Assembly (NCBI GenBank): GCA_963676835.2
Contig: CAXXFF010000002.1
Coordinates: 736,001-800,000, forward strand
From: Marispirochaeta sp.
GTDB lineage: Bacteria; Spirochaetota; Spirochaetia; JC444; Marispirochaetaceae
Direction: 5' to 3'
Length of the DNA: 64,000 bases
The notes beneath the pieces are model-generated. The model did not search any database and was not told the origin of the DNA. It was given only the letters and a program-made list of their open reading frames with translations. Positions 1 through 10,274 of this stretch are shown one piece after another (position 1 is the first letter of the stretch; every line of letters starts with the position of its first letter). Made by a program: the position numbers and the translations under genes.

Positions 1-673
1 CGCCGGCGATTTTCCAGTTTTTAAGGGTACGTATCATTTCCGCCGTTACTGCGGGGTTTGCGTAATTCAGGTCGGGCTGAAAGGGGTAGAAGCGGTGAAA
101 GTAGTAAGCCCCTGCCTGCTCGTTCCATTCCCAGTTGGAATCCACCATGCCTGAGAAGACAATGGGTGCGTCGGCATATTCCGTGCCGGTGCTGCTCCAG
201 ATAAAGTAATCCCGGTAGGGGGATTCCGGGTCTGCAATGGCCTGCTGAAACCAGCTGTGCTTATCGGAGCAGTGGTTTATAGCCACATCGAAAACGGTCT
301 GCAGATTGAGGCTGTGGGCTTTTTTCAAGAATCCCGCAAAGACCTCATTGCCGCCGAAGCGGGAATCGATTTCTGTATAGTCGGAGATATCAAAGCCCTG
401 ATCCCGTCCGGGAGACTCAAGGGCGGGCAGTATCCAGAGGGTGCGGATTCCCAGGTCTGCGATATAGTCCAGTCTGGCTTCCGCGCCGGTAAACCCGCCG
501 TCAAAACAGTCGGGGTAGAGACAGTAGACCGAGCCCTTCTCATCAAAAGGAGGACGTTTCGGCCCTGTCATAGCGGCGAGGCTGATTTCAAATTCACTGA
601 GCAGGGTGTTGAAGATTTCTGTTTCGCCGGGATAGAGGGAGTTCCATAGATTGCGGATATATGCTGTGTTCAC
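1..673 (-). CDS. GH13 alpha-amylase family glycosidase, trehalose synthase/alpha-glucosidase-like (3' end runs off the window)
   Basis: Not in the ORF track because it is truncated. Manual translation from GTG at 673 (AGGAGG RBS at about 682-687) gives LDYIADLGIRTLWILP...DQGFDISDY...DVAINHCSDKHSWF...YYFHRFYPFQPDLNYANP, which are typical GH13 motifs. Confidence 0.85.
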   Translation of the reverse strand, partial: MNTAYIRNLWNSLYPGETEIFNTLLSEFEISLAAMTGPKRPPFDEKGSVYCLYPDCFDGGFTGAEARLDYIADLGIRTLWILPALESPGRDQGFDISDYTEIDSRFGGNEVFAGFLKKAHSLNLQTVFDVAINHCSDKHSWFQQAIADPESPYRDYFIWSSTGTEYADAPIVFSGMVDSNWEWNEQAGAYYFHRFYPFQPDLNYANPAVTAEMIRTLKNWKIAG

Positions 674-712
674 CGTTTTTTACCTCCTGTTTGTTAAAGG
701 ACCGGAAAAAAC

Positions 713-741
713 TTGACAGCTGCTGTTTGGCACGTTAAGCT
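713..741 (+). promoter_or_regulatory. Sigma70-type promoter for the LacI regulator gene
   Basis: TTGACA (713-718), 17 bp spacer, TAAGCT (736-741). Confidence 0.7.
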
Positions 742-770
742 GAAAGAGCTTTCATGAAAGTACTTTCATG
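741..770. promoter_or_regulatory. Tandem palindromic LacI-type operators TGAAAG-N2-CTTTCA
   Basis: TGAAAGAGCTTTCA (741-754) and TGAAAGTACTTTCA (755-768). The second lies within the perfect 18 bp palindrome CATGAAAGTACTTTCATG (753-770), between the divergent GH13 and LacI genes. Confidence 0.7.
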
Positions 771-790
771 CTTTCATTAGTGAGGATACC

Positions 791-1798
791 ATGACTAACC
801 GGCAGGGGTCAACAATTTATGATGTCGCGAAAACAGCTGAGGTAAGCATCAGCACCGTATCTCGCTGTCTGAATTCTCCTTCCAAGGTTAACCCCGAAAC
901 CCTTGAGCGGGTCCAGGCGGTTATCCATCAGTTGGGCTATATCCCCCATGGCAACACCGGGCCCAAGCGGCACCGTCATGTAGGCCGCATCGGGGTCTTC
1001 TCCTCCTATTTTATTCCCGCGCCCTCCATGACCCAGCGTCTCCAGGGAGCGGCCCAGGTTCTCCATTCGAGCCATACGGAAATGATTGTCTATACCGTTG
1101 ATTCTCCGGATCAGCTTGAGGAGTACCTCAATTCAGTTCCGTTTACCAAACGGGTGGACGGGTTGATTCTGATTTCTTTGAGGATTACAGAACCTACCGC
1201 AAAGAGGCTTGCGGAGAGCGGGCTTCCGGTTGTTACGGTAGAGTATGATACCCCCTTTTTTCCCAGTATAACCGCGGACAATTTCAGAGGGGGAGAACTG
1301 GCGGGCAGCCATTTTGTCAGCCGGGGTTACGCTCCCTGCGCCTATCTTGGCCAGTCCGAGGTGCCCCTCTATTCACTTCATCCCAATGATGAACGTCAGC
1401 GGGGTTACGAGTCTGCCCTTGCTTCAGGCGGAACCGGACTTGATCCGGGCTATATTCGTCTGGGAGAGTTTGACTACCAGCGCAGCCGGGAACTTGCGGG
1501 GGAGCTTTTTGATCTGCCCGTACCTCCCAGGGCGCTCTTTGCCATGTCTGATCTCCAGGCTTATGGTGCAATAAAAGCCGCCCGCGAACGGGGTATGCGG
1601 ATTCCTGAAGATGTAGCCATCATCGGTTTTGATGATCTTGAATCTGCTGAATACATGGAGCTCTCCACTGTCAGCCAGGGGCTTAGCGAATCGGGCCGGC
1701 TGGCGGCGGAATCCCTGAATGCCCGTATTGCCGACCCCCACAGGGCGGTGGGTAATATTAGTCTCGATGTTTCTCTGGTGCACCGGGGTACTACTTAA
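791..1798 (+). CDS. LacI family transcriptional regulator
   Basis: N-terminal HTH TIYDVAKTAEVSISTVSRCLN and a sugar-binding domain with IPEDVAIIGFDD. Confidence 0.95.
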   Translation: MTNRQGSTIYDVAKTAEVSISTVSRCLNSPSKVNPETLERVQAVIHQLGYIPHGNTGPKRHRHVGRIGVFSSYFIPAPSMTQRLQGAAQVLHSSHTEMIVYTVDSPDQLEEYLNSVPFTKRVDGLILISLRITEPTAKRLAESGLPVVTVEYDTPFFPSITADNFRGGELAGSHFVSRGYAPCAYLGQSEVPLYSLHPNDERQRGYESALASGGTGLDPGYIRLGEFDYQRSRELAGELFDLPVPPRALFAMSDLQAYGAIKAARERGMRIPEDVAIIGFDDLESAEYMELSTVSQGLSESGRLAAESLNARIADPHRAVGNISLDVSLVHRGTT

Positions 1799-2006
1799 CC
1801 GGATGCAAGCCGTGTTCCTTGACTTCAGGCTCTGAGGGCCTGACACTTAATATAGAGGCGGTTATCGAAATCGCCGGTAAATCATGCTTTTCCAGCTTTG
1901 TCACTACTCCTGTTTATCGGTTGTATGTTTCCGCCTTTGCCGATGGTCTTTACCGTCCTTCGGGGCGGATAAATATCTTTGTAATTTTTTTTAAGGAGAA
2001 GTGACA

Positions 2007-3359
2007 ATGAAGAAGATTTTTTTTCTACTGCTGATGGTTCTTCTTGTACTGGGCGGGTGCCAGAAAAAGGCCGAAGAGGCCGCTCCTGCTCCGGAGAAGG
2101 AGGCTTCCGCCGCTGAGTTGAGCGGTGACTACCTGGCCGATGCGTTTGCCGGTAAGTTTAAAGGTACAACCGTCCGCATGGCCGGACCCTTTACCGATAA
2201 CGACGCGGTAAAATTCAACGAATCAATGAAATCCTTCATCGAGAAAACCGGGATCAAGGTTGAGTATGAAGGTTCAAAAGAGTTTGAGGCTTCCATTGCT
2301 ATCCGCATTAACGGCGGAAATCCCCCGGACATCGTGGATTTTCCCCAGCCGGGTCTGCTGGAAACCTTTGTTAAAGGCGGTAAGGTTATCGATCTTAACA
2401 CCGTTCTCGATATGGGTCAGGTAAAATCAAACTACATACAGAGCTGGCTCGACATGGCCACCATGAAAGGTCCATCCGGATCGATCATGGCCGGAGTCTG
2501 GGGCCGGGTTAACGGCAAATCCCTGGTATGGTATCCGAAAAAAGCCTTCGATGAAGCGGGCTACTCGGTTCCCGAAACCTGGGATGATCTGATCGCTTTA
2601 ATGAATACAATCAAGAGTGACGGCGATACTCCCTGGGCGGTAGGGATTGAGTCAGGCGCTGCAACCGGATGGGCCGCCACCGATTGGATTGAAGAGATGA
2701 TGCTCCGCACTACCTCCCTGGATAATTATGATAAATGGGTAAAGGGTGAGCTGAAGTTTGATTCTCCCGAGGTACGTAAAGCCATTCAGACCATGGCGGA
2801 TATCTGGTTCCCCGACGGCAATGTTTACGGCGGACGCAAGGCAATTGCAACAACCTCCTTCGGCGATGCTCCCAAGGTAATGTTCGAAGCCCCTCCCAAG
2901 GCATGGCTTCACAAGCAGGGTAACTTTATTACCTCCTTCTTCCCGGAAAACCTGGAAGCCGGGGTTGATTATGATTTCTTCTATCTTCCCAGTGTCGATT
3001 CCCAGTACGGACGGCCGGTGCTTGTCGCCGGAGATATCTATGCCATGTTCAACGACCGGCCGGAAGTCCGGGCACTGATGCAGTATTTTGCCACCGGTGC
3101 TTCTGTAGAGGGCTGGGTGCGCATGGGCGGAGCAATATCTCCCCACAAGGACTCACAGCTCAGCTGGTATGCCAATCCTGTTGAACGCAAGGTTGCAGAG
3201 GTTATTCAGAATGCCACCTCCGTGCGGTTTGACGGCTCCGACCTTATGCCCGGTGCTGTAGGTGCAGGATCTTTCTGGAAAGAGATGACCGCCTATGTTT
3301 CCGGTGCCAAGAGTCTGGATGAGGCTGTGAAGGCTATAGACGCCTCCTGGCCCAAATAA
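2007..3359 (+). CDS. ABC transporter sugar-binding lipoprotein (alpha-glucoside, AglE-like)
   Basis: Lipoprotein signal (LVLGGC); motifs GNPPDIVDFPQPG, ESGAATGWAATDWIE, RFDGSDLMPGAVG. ATG 2007 chosen from spacing to the AAGGAG RBS. Confidence 0.9.
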   Translation: MKKIFFLLLMVLLVLGGCQKKAEEAAPAPEKEASAAELSGDYLADAFAGKFKGTTVRMAGPFTDNDAVKFNESMKSFIEKTGIKVEYEGSKEFEASIAIRINGGNPPDIVDFPQPGLLETFVKGGKVIDLNTVLDMGQVKSNYIQSWLDMATMKGPSGSIMAGVWGRVNGKSLVWYPKKAFDEAGYSVPETWDDLIALMNTIKSDGDTPWAVGIESGAATGWAATDWIEEMMLRTTSLDNYDKWVKGELKFDSPEVRKAIQTMADIWFPDGNVYGGRKAIATTSFGDAPKVMFEAPPKAWLHKQGNFITSFFPENLEAGVDYDFFYLPSVDSQYGRPVLVAGDIYAMFNDRPEVRALMQYFATGASVEGWVRMGGAISPHKDSQLSWYANPVERKVAEVIQNATSVRFDGSDLMPGAVGAGSFWKEMTAYVSGAKSLDEAVKAIDASWPK

Positions 3360-3386
3360 GCCGGCTCTGAAAAAGAGTTAATTAAA

Positions 3387-3422
3387 CGGGGTCGGCGGGA
3401 AAGTCCGCCGGCTCCGCTTTTT
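3387..3422 (+). terminator. Hairpin plus T-tract after the binding-protein gene
   Basis: CGGGGTCGGCGGGAAAGTCCGCCGGCTCCG followed by CTTTTT. Confidence 0.6.
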
Positions 3423-3505
3423 GCTGCAACAGATATCTGTTCTATTAATTTTATTTTCAGAGATCGTTAGACATTGTTTGAGATTATTCGAAAAAGGAGA
3501 AGTTT

Positions 3506-4603
3506 ATGCCGAAAGGAACAGCCGCTCTTACCCGGGAAGATGCCTATGCTCCGCTGAAGCTCCTTCTGCTGTTTATTATTACCGTTCTGGTTCTCTGGGG
3601 CGGCTTTCAGTTTCTCCGCAGCTTCCGTTCTTCAAAGCTGCTGATAACTATTGTTGCCATATTCTGGGGAGTGGGGTCGGTGGCACTGCTCTATACCGTA
3701 TTGAATGCTGCTGCCCAGCTGCTGCCCCCCCGGGCCCGTTCCGTGGTTCTCCCCCTGGTGTTTGCCGGGCCGGCTCTGCTGCTTCTGGCCTGGTTTCTTA
3801 TAACCCCCACCATCCGCAGCCTTGTTTTGAGTTTTTATGATGAAACAAGTACGAGTTTTGTGTTTCTTGATAACTATATATTTGCTTTTACCGATCCCAT
3901 CATGCTTGAGGCATTTACCAACAATCTCCTGTGGCTGGTATTCGGTACCGGTGGCACCGTTGCCCTGGGGCTTATTATCGCGGTGCTTGCAGACCGAAGC
4001 CCCTATGAGAATCTTTTCAAGGCACTGATCTTCATGCCCATGGCAATTTCTTTTGTCGGCGCCGGTGTTATCTGGAAGTTTATGTATGCCTACAAAGGAG
4101 AAGGAACCAATGTCGCGGAAATAGGCCTGTTAAATGCTGTGGTAACCGCCTTCGGCGGTAAGCCCCAGGCATGGCTGCTTATTCCCGGATGGAATAACTT
4201 TTTCCTGATTGTCATTATGGTCTGGCTGCAGACCGGGTATGCCATGGTTATTCTCTCCGCCGCCATAAAGGGTATTCCCTCTTCCCTTATCGAGGCTTCC
4301 CGTATTGACGGAGCCAATGAGATTCAGATATTCTTCAGGATTATTATTCCCTCAATCGCCGGATCAATTCTCACGGTGACTACAACCATAATCATATTTT
4401 CCCTGAAGCTCTTCGATATTGTGCGGGTTATGACCGGAGGTAATTACGGTACCAATGTAATTGCCAATGAGTTTTACCTGGAACAGTTTACCTACGGCAG
4501 CACCGGCCGGGCGTCCGCCATTGCCATTGTACTCCTGGTGGCGGTGGTTCCGGTGCTGATCTACAACCTCAGGCAGTTTAAACAGCGGAGGGCTTTCCGA
4601 TGA
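3506..4603 (+). CDS. Carbohydrate ABC transporter permease (AglF-like)
   Basis: Multiple TM segments and EAA motif EASRIDGANEIQIF. Confidence 0.92.
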   Translation: MPKGTAALTREDAYAPLKLLLLFIITVLVLWGGFQFLRSFRSSKLLITIVAIFWGVGSVALLYTVLNAAAQLLPPRARSVVLPLVFAGPALLLLAWFLITPTIRSLVLSFYDETSTSFVFLDNYIFAFTDPIMLEAFTNNLLWLVFGTGGTVALGLIIAVLADRSPYENLFKALIFMPMAISFVGAGVIWKFMYAYKGEGTNVAEIGLLNAVVTAFGGKPQAWLLIPGWNNFFLIVIMVWLQTGYAMVILSAAIKGIPSSLIEASRIDGANEIQIFFRIIIPSIAGSILTVTTTIIIFSLKLFDIVRVMTGGNYGTNVIANEFYLEQFTYGSTGRASAIAIVLLVAVVPVLIYNLRQFKQRRAFR

Positions 4604-5706
4604 AAAAAAACATAGCCAGCGGCGGAAGCCGCAGTTCTTCAGCAGTTGTAAGCACCCTTGTTCTGGCGGTGATTGCCATTCTGTGGGTTCTGCCCGCTTT
4701 CGGAGTGTTTGTTACCTCCTTCAGGGATTCCCGGGATATTTTCTCTTCCGGCTGGTGGACAATCCTGCCCCACAAAGCCTGGGAAAAAACTGATGAGTTT
4801 ATTGTTCCCGATACTGTAAACCTTGATGGAGCCTTTGAGCTGGAAGGGGTAAGCGGCGAGTTTGCCGACTGGCGGCAGGGTATCGAGGTAGGGGACAACC
4901 GCATGCTCCAGTGGTACGGCAACAAGCGGACCCGAAAGGTAGAGGTTTTTGAAAAGAAGTGGGTCGGTTTCGGGGCCAATACCACCCTGGACAACTATAA
5001 AAATGTTCTCTCCGGCGGGACAATCACTTTTAAGGATGCTTCCGGAGCAGAGATAACCCGGCAGGGCAATAATTTCTCTGATGCGGTATTGAACAGTCTG
5101 GCGGTTTCCATTCCGGCAACCCTTATTCCAATTCTGATCGCAGCTTTTGCGGCCTATGCCTTTGCCTGGATGGAGTTTCCCGGACGCAAGCTGAGCTTCT
5201 CCCTGGTGGTGGCCCTGCTTGTGGTTCCCCTGCAGATAGCACTTATTCCGGTCTTGCGTGATTTTACCGGCCTTGGGCTCAACGGAACCTATATGGCCAT
5301 GTGGCTTGCCCATACCGGCTTCGGCCTTCCCCTGGCAATATACCTGCTTTTCAATTACATAAGTCAGCTGCCCCGGGATATTCTGGAATCCGCCTTTCTC
5401 GACGGTGCATCTCCCTTTACCACATTCGTCCGGCTGATTCTGCCCCTGTCGGTACCGGCACTGGCAAGTTTCGCCATTTTCCAGTTTCTCTGGGTCTGGA
5501 ACGACTATCTGGTGGCCCTTATTTTCCTGGGAGATACCAACCGGGTTGTTACCAGTGCTCTTGCCGCTATGGTGGGCGAGAAGGGGCAGGACTGGCATCT
5601 GCTTACCTCCGGCGCTTTCCTGAGTATGATTCTGCCGCTGGCGGTATTCTTCTCTCTTCAGCGCTTCTTTGTCCGCGGGCTTATGGCCGGTTCTGTAAAG
5701 GGCTGA
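4600..5706 (+). CDS. Carbohydrate ABC transporter permease (AglG-like, with a periplasmic insertion)
   Basis: EAA motif ESAFLDGASPF, FQFLWVWNDYL and C-terminal FVRGLMAGSVKG; 4 bp overlap with the upstream permease. Confidence 0.92.
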   Translation: MKKNIASGGSRSSSAVVSTLVLAVIAILWVLPAFGVFVTSFRDSRDIFSSGWWTILPHKAWEKTDEFIVPDTVNLDGAFELEGVSGEFADWRQGIEVGDNRMLQWYGNKRTRKVEVFEKKWVGFGANTTLDNYKNVLSGGTITFKDASGAEITRQGNNFSDAVLNSLAVSIPATLIPILIAAFAAYAFAWMEFPGRKLSFSLVVALLVVPLQIALIPVLRDFTGLGLNGTYMAMWLAHTGFGLPLAIYLLFNYISQLPRDILESAFLDGASPFTTFVRLILPLSVPALASFAIFQFLWVWNDYLVALIFLGDTNRVVTSALAAMVGEKGQDWHLLTSGAFLSMILPLAVFFSLQRFFVRGLMAGSVKG

Positions 5707-5726
5707 TTCTCCCGGAGATTTCTATT

Positions 5727-5754
5727 AAGAACCCCCGTTGCCGGGGGTTCTTTC
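5727..5754 (+). terminator. Rho-independent terminator of the ABC operon
   Basis: Inverted repeat AAGAACCCCC...GGGGGTTCTT just after the stop codon. Confidence 0.7.
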
Positions 5755-5892
5755 TGATAAAACCTTTCTATAGTAAAGTGACTAATTATTCTCAGGTCTG
5801 TTGAAAACTCAAGATATTTTCTCTATATTGTTGAACGTGGAACAATTTGCGCTTCTGTTCTACAGCTCTTTGGATATGGAGAACAAAGGAAA

Positions 5893-6750
5893 ATGAAATA
5901 TATAGGTGCCCATGTGAGTGCCGCCGGGGGCGTTCAGAATGCACCGGAGAACGCGAAAGCCATAGGGGCCAATGCCTTTGCCCTTTTTACCAAAAATCAG
6001 CGTCAGTGGCAGGCCCGTCCTCTCGGGGACGAAGAGATTGCACTCTTTAAAGCAAACCTGAACGCATCGGGCATTGCTCCGGAGTATGTTCTTCCCCATG
6101 ATTCCTATCTGATAAATCTCGGGAACCCGGATCCAGATAAAAGGAAAAAGAGTTATGACTCCTTCCTCGATGAAATTATCCGGGCGGAACAGCTTGGCCT
6201 TTCCCTTCTCAATTTTCACCCCGGCAGCCATCTCAAGCTTATTTCCGAGGATGACTGTCTCAAGCTGATTGCAGAAGCCATGAATGAGGCAATTTCCCGT
6301 ACACAGAAGACCGTGCTGGTAATTGAGAATACCGCCGGTCAGGGCAGTAATGTTGGCTACCGTTTTGAGCATCTGGCCCGGCTTATTGAGCTTACAGAGA
6401 ATAAAAAGAGGGTTGGAGTCTGCATCGACACCTGTCATGCCTTTGCCGCCGGTTATGACCTGCGGACAGAGGAGTCCTGGAACACTCTTATGCAGGATTT
6501 TGATTCTGTAATCGGCAAAGAGTATCTGAAAGCCATGCATATTAACGATGCCAAATCGGAGTTTTCCAGCAGGGTGGACCGGCATGCGCCCCTCGGGGAG
6601 GGCAACATAGGCTGGGAAGGATTCCGGGCACTTATGCAGGACCCCCGTACCGACAATATTCCCCTTATTCTTGAAACAACCGATCCCGACAGATGGACGG
6701 AAGAAATTAAGACCCTGCGGTCCTTTGGAGAAGAACATGAGTCAGCTTGA
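5893..6750 (+). CDS. nfo: Endonuclease IV (AP endonuclease 2)
   Basis: [47 protein letters not shown] motifs. Confidence 0.97.
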   Translation: MKYIGAHVSAAGGVQNAPENAKAIGANAFALFTKNQRQWQARPLGDEEIALFKANLNASGIAPEYVLPHDSYLINLGNPDPDKRKKSYDSFLDEIIRAEQLGLSLLNFHPGSHLKLISEDDCLKLIAEAMNEAISRTQKTVLVIENTAGQGSNVGYRFEHLARLIELTENKKRVGVCIDTCHAFAAGYDLRTEESWNTLMQDFDSVIGKEYLKAMHINDAKSEFSSRVDRHAPLGEGNIGWEGFRALMQDPRTDNIPLILETTDPDRWTEEIKTLRSFGEEHESA

Positions 6751-8236
6751 AGAGTATTTTGCACCCTTTAGAAAAGGTATTACCGGCATTGATGCGAAGA
6801 TCCCCACACCCTATGGAACCAAGCCGCTTGTGTATGCCGACTGGATTGCCTCCGGCAGGCTCTACGGTCCTATTGAGGATGCCATGACCGGGATTATCGG
6901 GCCCCTTGTGGGGAATACCCACTCCGAGTCCTCAACCACCGGCCGAGCCATGACTGCCGCCTATCATGAGGCACATCAGATTCTTAAAAAACATGTAAAC
7001 GCCGGACCGAAAGATGTGATAATTACCGCCGGCAGCGGTATGACCGGAGTTATAAACAAGCTTCAGCGTATTCTCGGTATAAGGCTCCCCGAGCGTTCCC
7101 GGGATCTCTCTTCGGGGCTTCCTGAACACCGGGAGCCTGCTGCCTGCGATGAAGAGTGTCCCGTAGTGTTTGTAACCCACATGGAGCATCACTCAAACCA
7201 CATCAGCTGGCTGGAGACCGAGGCGGAAGTGGTGGTGCTTCCTCCGGATGAAGAGCTTAAGGTAAACCCCGCGGCACTGGAGAAGGAGCTTGAGCGTTAT
7301 AAGGACCGGCCCCTGAAAATCGGTTCGTTTTCCGCCAGTTCCAACGTAACCGGGCTCTTTCCTCCCTACCGGGAGCTTGCCCGGATTATGCACCGTAACG
7401 GCGGGTATGCCTTTGTAGATTTTGCCGCGTCCGCTCCCTATGTGGATATCGATATGCATCCATCCGATGATCCCGATGGATATCTGGATGCGGTTTTCTT
7501 TTCTCCCCATAAATTCCTCGGAGGCCCCGGAAGTTCCGGCGTAATGGTGTTCAACTCCAGTATGTACACCAATACCGTTCCGGATAATCCCGGCGGAGGA
7601 ACCGTTTCCTGGACCAACCGCTGGGGGGAACGGAGCTATGTCACCGATATTGAGGCCAGAGAAGACGGGGGAACTCCGGGATTCCTTCAGGTTATGCGGG
7701 CTGCTCTTGCAGTGCGGCTGAAGGAAAAGATGGGTACGGACAAGATAAAAGCCCGGGAAACAGAGTTGATCAGCCGCGCCATGAAGGAGCTCCGTGAAAT
7801 TGACGGTCTCCATATTCTGGCAGACTGTGATGATCCGAGGATTGGAGTAATTTCATTCTACATGGATAATATCCACCATAACCTGATTGTCCGTTTTCTG
7901 AACGACCGCTACGGCCTCCAGACCCGTGGCGGCTGTTCCTGTGCCGGAACCTACGGCCACTATCTGCTTCAGGTAAGCCGGGAGGACTCATCCTCCATTA
8001 CCAGTCAGATTGACAGTGGAGACCTTACCAACAAACCGGGCTGGGTCCGGGTTTCCCTGCATCCCACCATGACCGAAGCTGAGCTCGATCTGCTGGTGCA
8101 GGCTCTGAAGGATGTGCGGGAAAATTATGCTGCCTGGGCGGAGGATTATCGTTTTGATACCTGCTGCGGAGAGTATTTTCCCCGTAACGTCGAAGAGCAG
8201 CCCCTTATAACACTGAAAGAGCTGCCCCTCGTTTGA
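6737..8236 (+). CDS. Aminotransferase class V PLP enzyme (cysteine desulfurase/selenocysteine lyase-like)
   Basis: [25 protein letters not shown] (PLP Lys), [11 protein letters not shown] 6737 follows GGAG and overlaps the end of nfo. Confidence 0.88.
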   Translation: MSQLEEYFAPFRKGITGIDAKIPTPYGTKPLVYADWIASGRLYGPIEDAMTGIIGPLVGNTHSESSTTGRAMTAAYHEAHQILKKHVNAGPKDVIITAGSGMTGVINKLQRILGIRLPERSRDLSSGLPEHREPAACDEECPVVFVTHMEHHSNHISWLETEAEVVVLPPDEELKVNPAALEKELERYKDRPLKIGSFSASSNVTGLFPPYRELARIMHRNGGYAFVDFAASAPYVDIDMHPSDDPDGYLDAVFFSPHKFLGGPGSSGVMVFNSSMYTNTVPDNPGGGTVSWTNRWGERSYVTDIEAREDGGTPGFLQVMRAALAVRLKEKMGTDKIKARETELISRAMKELREIDGLHILADCDDPRIGVISFYMDNIHHNLIVRFLNDRYGLQTRGGCSCAGTYGHYLLQVSREDSSSITSQIDSGDLTNKPGWVRVSLHPTMTEAELDLLVQALKDVRENYAAWAEDYRFDTCCGEYFPRNVEEQPLITLKELPLV

Positions 8237-8305
8237 GCTTGAGGCCAGTACATGATGCCGGCCTGAAGATTGATTAAGGCGGAGTTTATCTGCCGACCTA
8301 TTTAA

Positions 8306-10189
8306 CTATTTGCCTATAAGTTCAAAGAACTCGTCCCGCTCAAGCACCTCTTTTTCCCTGAGCCGGGACGTTACTTTTTCCAGCAGTTCCCTGTTGTCTT
8401 CCAGCAGTTTCTTAACCTCGTCGTAGCGCTGGTTTACAATGCGGGAAATTTCTTCGTCTATGTAGGTCTGGGTTGATTCGGCGTACTCCCGCTGCATATA
8501 GCCTTCCTGTCCGCCGAGCATCGGGGCCGACCTCTTTGAAAGGGCCACATTGCGGAAGCGTTCGCTCATGCCATACTCGGTGATCATGCTGCGGGCAATG
8601 TCTGTTGCCCGGGTAAGGTCATTGGAAGCTCCGGTGGACACCACCTCAAACACAATTTCTTCCGCTGCCCGGCCGCCTAAAAGTACATCAATTTTACCTA
8701 AAAGCTCTTTATGGGTAAGCAGGTAGCGGTCTTCCGTCGGGGTCTGCAGGGTATAACCCAGGGCACCGAAGCCTCTGGGAACAATGGAGATCTTGCTCAC
8801 CGGGTCTGACCCCTCTGTCATGGCGGCAACCAGGGCATGACCGGTTTCGTGGTAGGCTACAGTCTCCCGCTCCCGGGGATTGATCAGCTTGCTCTTCTTC
8901 TCAAGGCCGGCAACGGTTTTTTCTATGGCTTCCTTGAAGTCGCCGGTATTGATGCTTTTTCGTCCCTTACGAACCGCCAGCAGGGCAGCTTCATTGACGA
9001 TATTGGCAAGATCGGCACCTACAAATCCGGGGGTGAGCTTTGCAATTTCATCCAGATCGATATCTGTATCAAGCTTAACGTTCTGGCTGTGAATTTTCAG
9101 AATGGCCGCCCGGCCGCTTACATCGGGGCGGTCAACCAGAACCTGGCGGTCAAAGCGCCCGGGTCGCAGCAGGGCAGGATCCAGGATCTCCGGACGGTTG
9201 GTTGCTGCCAGAATTATTACGCCGGATTTTGCATCAAATCCGTCCATCTCTACAAGAAGCTGGTTCAGGGTTGTTTCCCGCTCATCATTACCGCCGATGG
9301 AATTGACCCGCGATTTTCCAATGGCATCAAGTTCGTCGATGAAAATTATACACGGAGCTTTTTCCCGTGCCTGTTTAAACAGGTCCCGCACCCTGGCTGC
9401 TCCGACACCAACGAACATTTCAACAAAATCAGCGCCGCTCATTCTGAAAAAGGGTACCTGGGCATTACCGGCAACAGCCCTGGCCAGCAGCGTTTTACCG
9501 GTACCCGGAGGGCCAACCAGGAGTACGCCCTTGGGGATCTTTCCGCCTATCTCCAGGTATTTGTCAGGTGCTGTAAGAAAATCAACTACTTCAACCAGCT
9601 CTTCCTTGGCTTCATCCGCACCGGCTACATCATCGAAGGTGACGTCAGTTGAGCCCTCTGCCACTATGATTGATTTGTTTTTTCCGAAGGACATGACATT
9701 GCCCCCCATATCCCCCATGCGCTTGAACATAAACCGCCATACAAGAATCAGTACGCCCATTGGGAGCAGCCAGCCCAGAAGCACATTAAGCAGGGTGGGG
9801 TCCTTTTTGGGTACTGCATAAAAGCTTAAGCCCTTTTCTTCCAGCAGCGGCACCAGATCCGGATCCGCTACCGGGACTGTACGGTATACAAAGCTTCCCG
9901 TACTGCTGTCGGCAGCGGCCTGGGGCTTTCCGATGTAGATGTCTTCCCCCATTTCGACACTGACGATCTCGCCGGAATTGATTTTCGCCTTAAATTCGCT
10001 GTACGGAATGGTTTTCTGCGTCAGCGGGTTCTGCGACAGAAATGCATTTATCACCATCAATCCGATGGTTACAGCCAGGAAGTAACCGAATGAAAATCGG
10101 TGTTTTTCAAAAAAAGGTTTGTCTTTCTGCGGCCCATGGTCACAATCTTTGTCGTTGTCCCAACAGCCTTTTTCGTTGCCCATACTCAT
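8306..10189 (-). CDS. ftsH: ATP-dependent zinc metalloprotease FtsH
   Basis: Two TM segments, Walker [22 protein letters not shown] and HETGH zinc motif. Confidence 0.97.
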   Translation of the reverse strand: MSMGNEKGCWDNDKDCDHGPQKDKPFFEKHRFSFGYFLAVTIGLMVINAFLSQNPLTQKTIPYSEFKAKINSGEIVSVEMGEDIYIGKPQAAADSSTGSFVYRTVPVADPDLVPLLEEKGLSFYAVPKKDPTLLNVLLGWLLPMGVLILVWRFMFKRMGDMGGNVMSFGKNKSIIVAEGSTDVTFDDVAGADEAKEELVEVVDFLTAPDKYLEIGGKIPKGVLLVGPPGTGKTLLARAVAGNAQVPFFRMSGADFVEMFVGVGAARVRDLFKQAREKAPCIIFIDELDAIGKSRVNSIGGNDERETTLNQLLVEMDGFDAKSGVIILAATNRPEILDPALLRPGRFDRQVLVDRPDVSGRAAILKIHSQNVKLDTDIDLDEIAKLTPGFVGADLANIVNEAALLAVRKGRKSINTGDFKEAIEKTVAGLEKKSKLINPRERETVAYHETGHALVAAMTEGSDPVSKISIVPRGFGALGYTLQTPTEDRYLLTHKELLGKIDVLLGGRAAEEIVFEVVSTGASNDLTRATDIARSMITEYGMSERFRNVALSKRSAPMLGGQEGYMQREYAESTQTYIDEEISRIVNQRYDEVKKLLEDNRELLEKVTSRLREKEVLERDEFFELIGK

Positions 10190-10274
10190 CCTCTCGTGAT
10201 AACCTTCCCCCGGTTATTCAATGAAAAGATAGTCAGGGTTGTGAAGAAAGGCAAACCCTGCCGGGACGGGAGAA

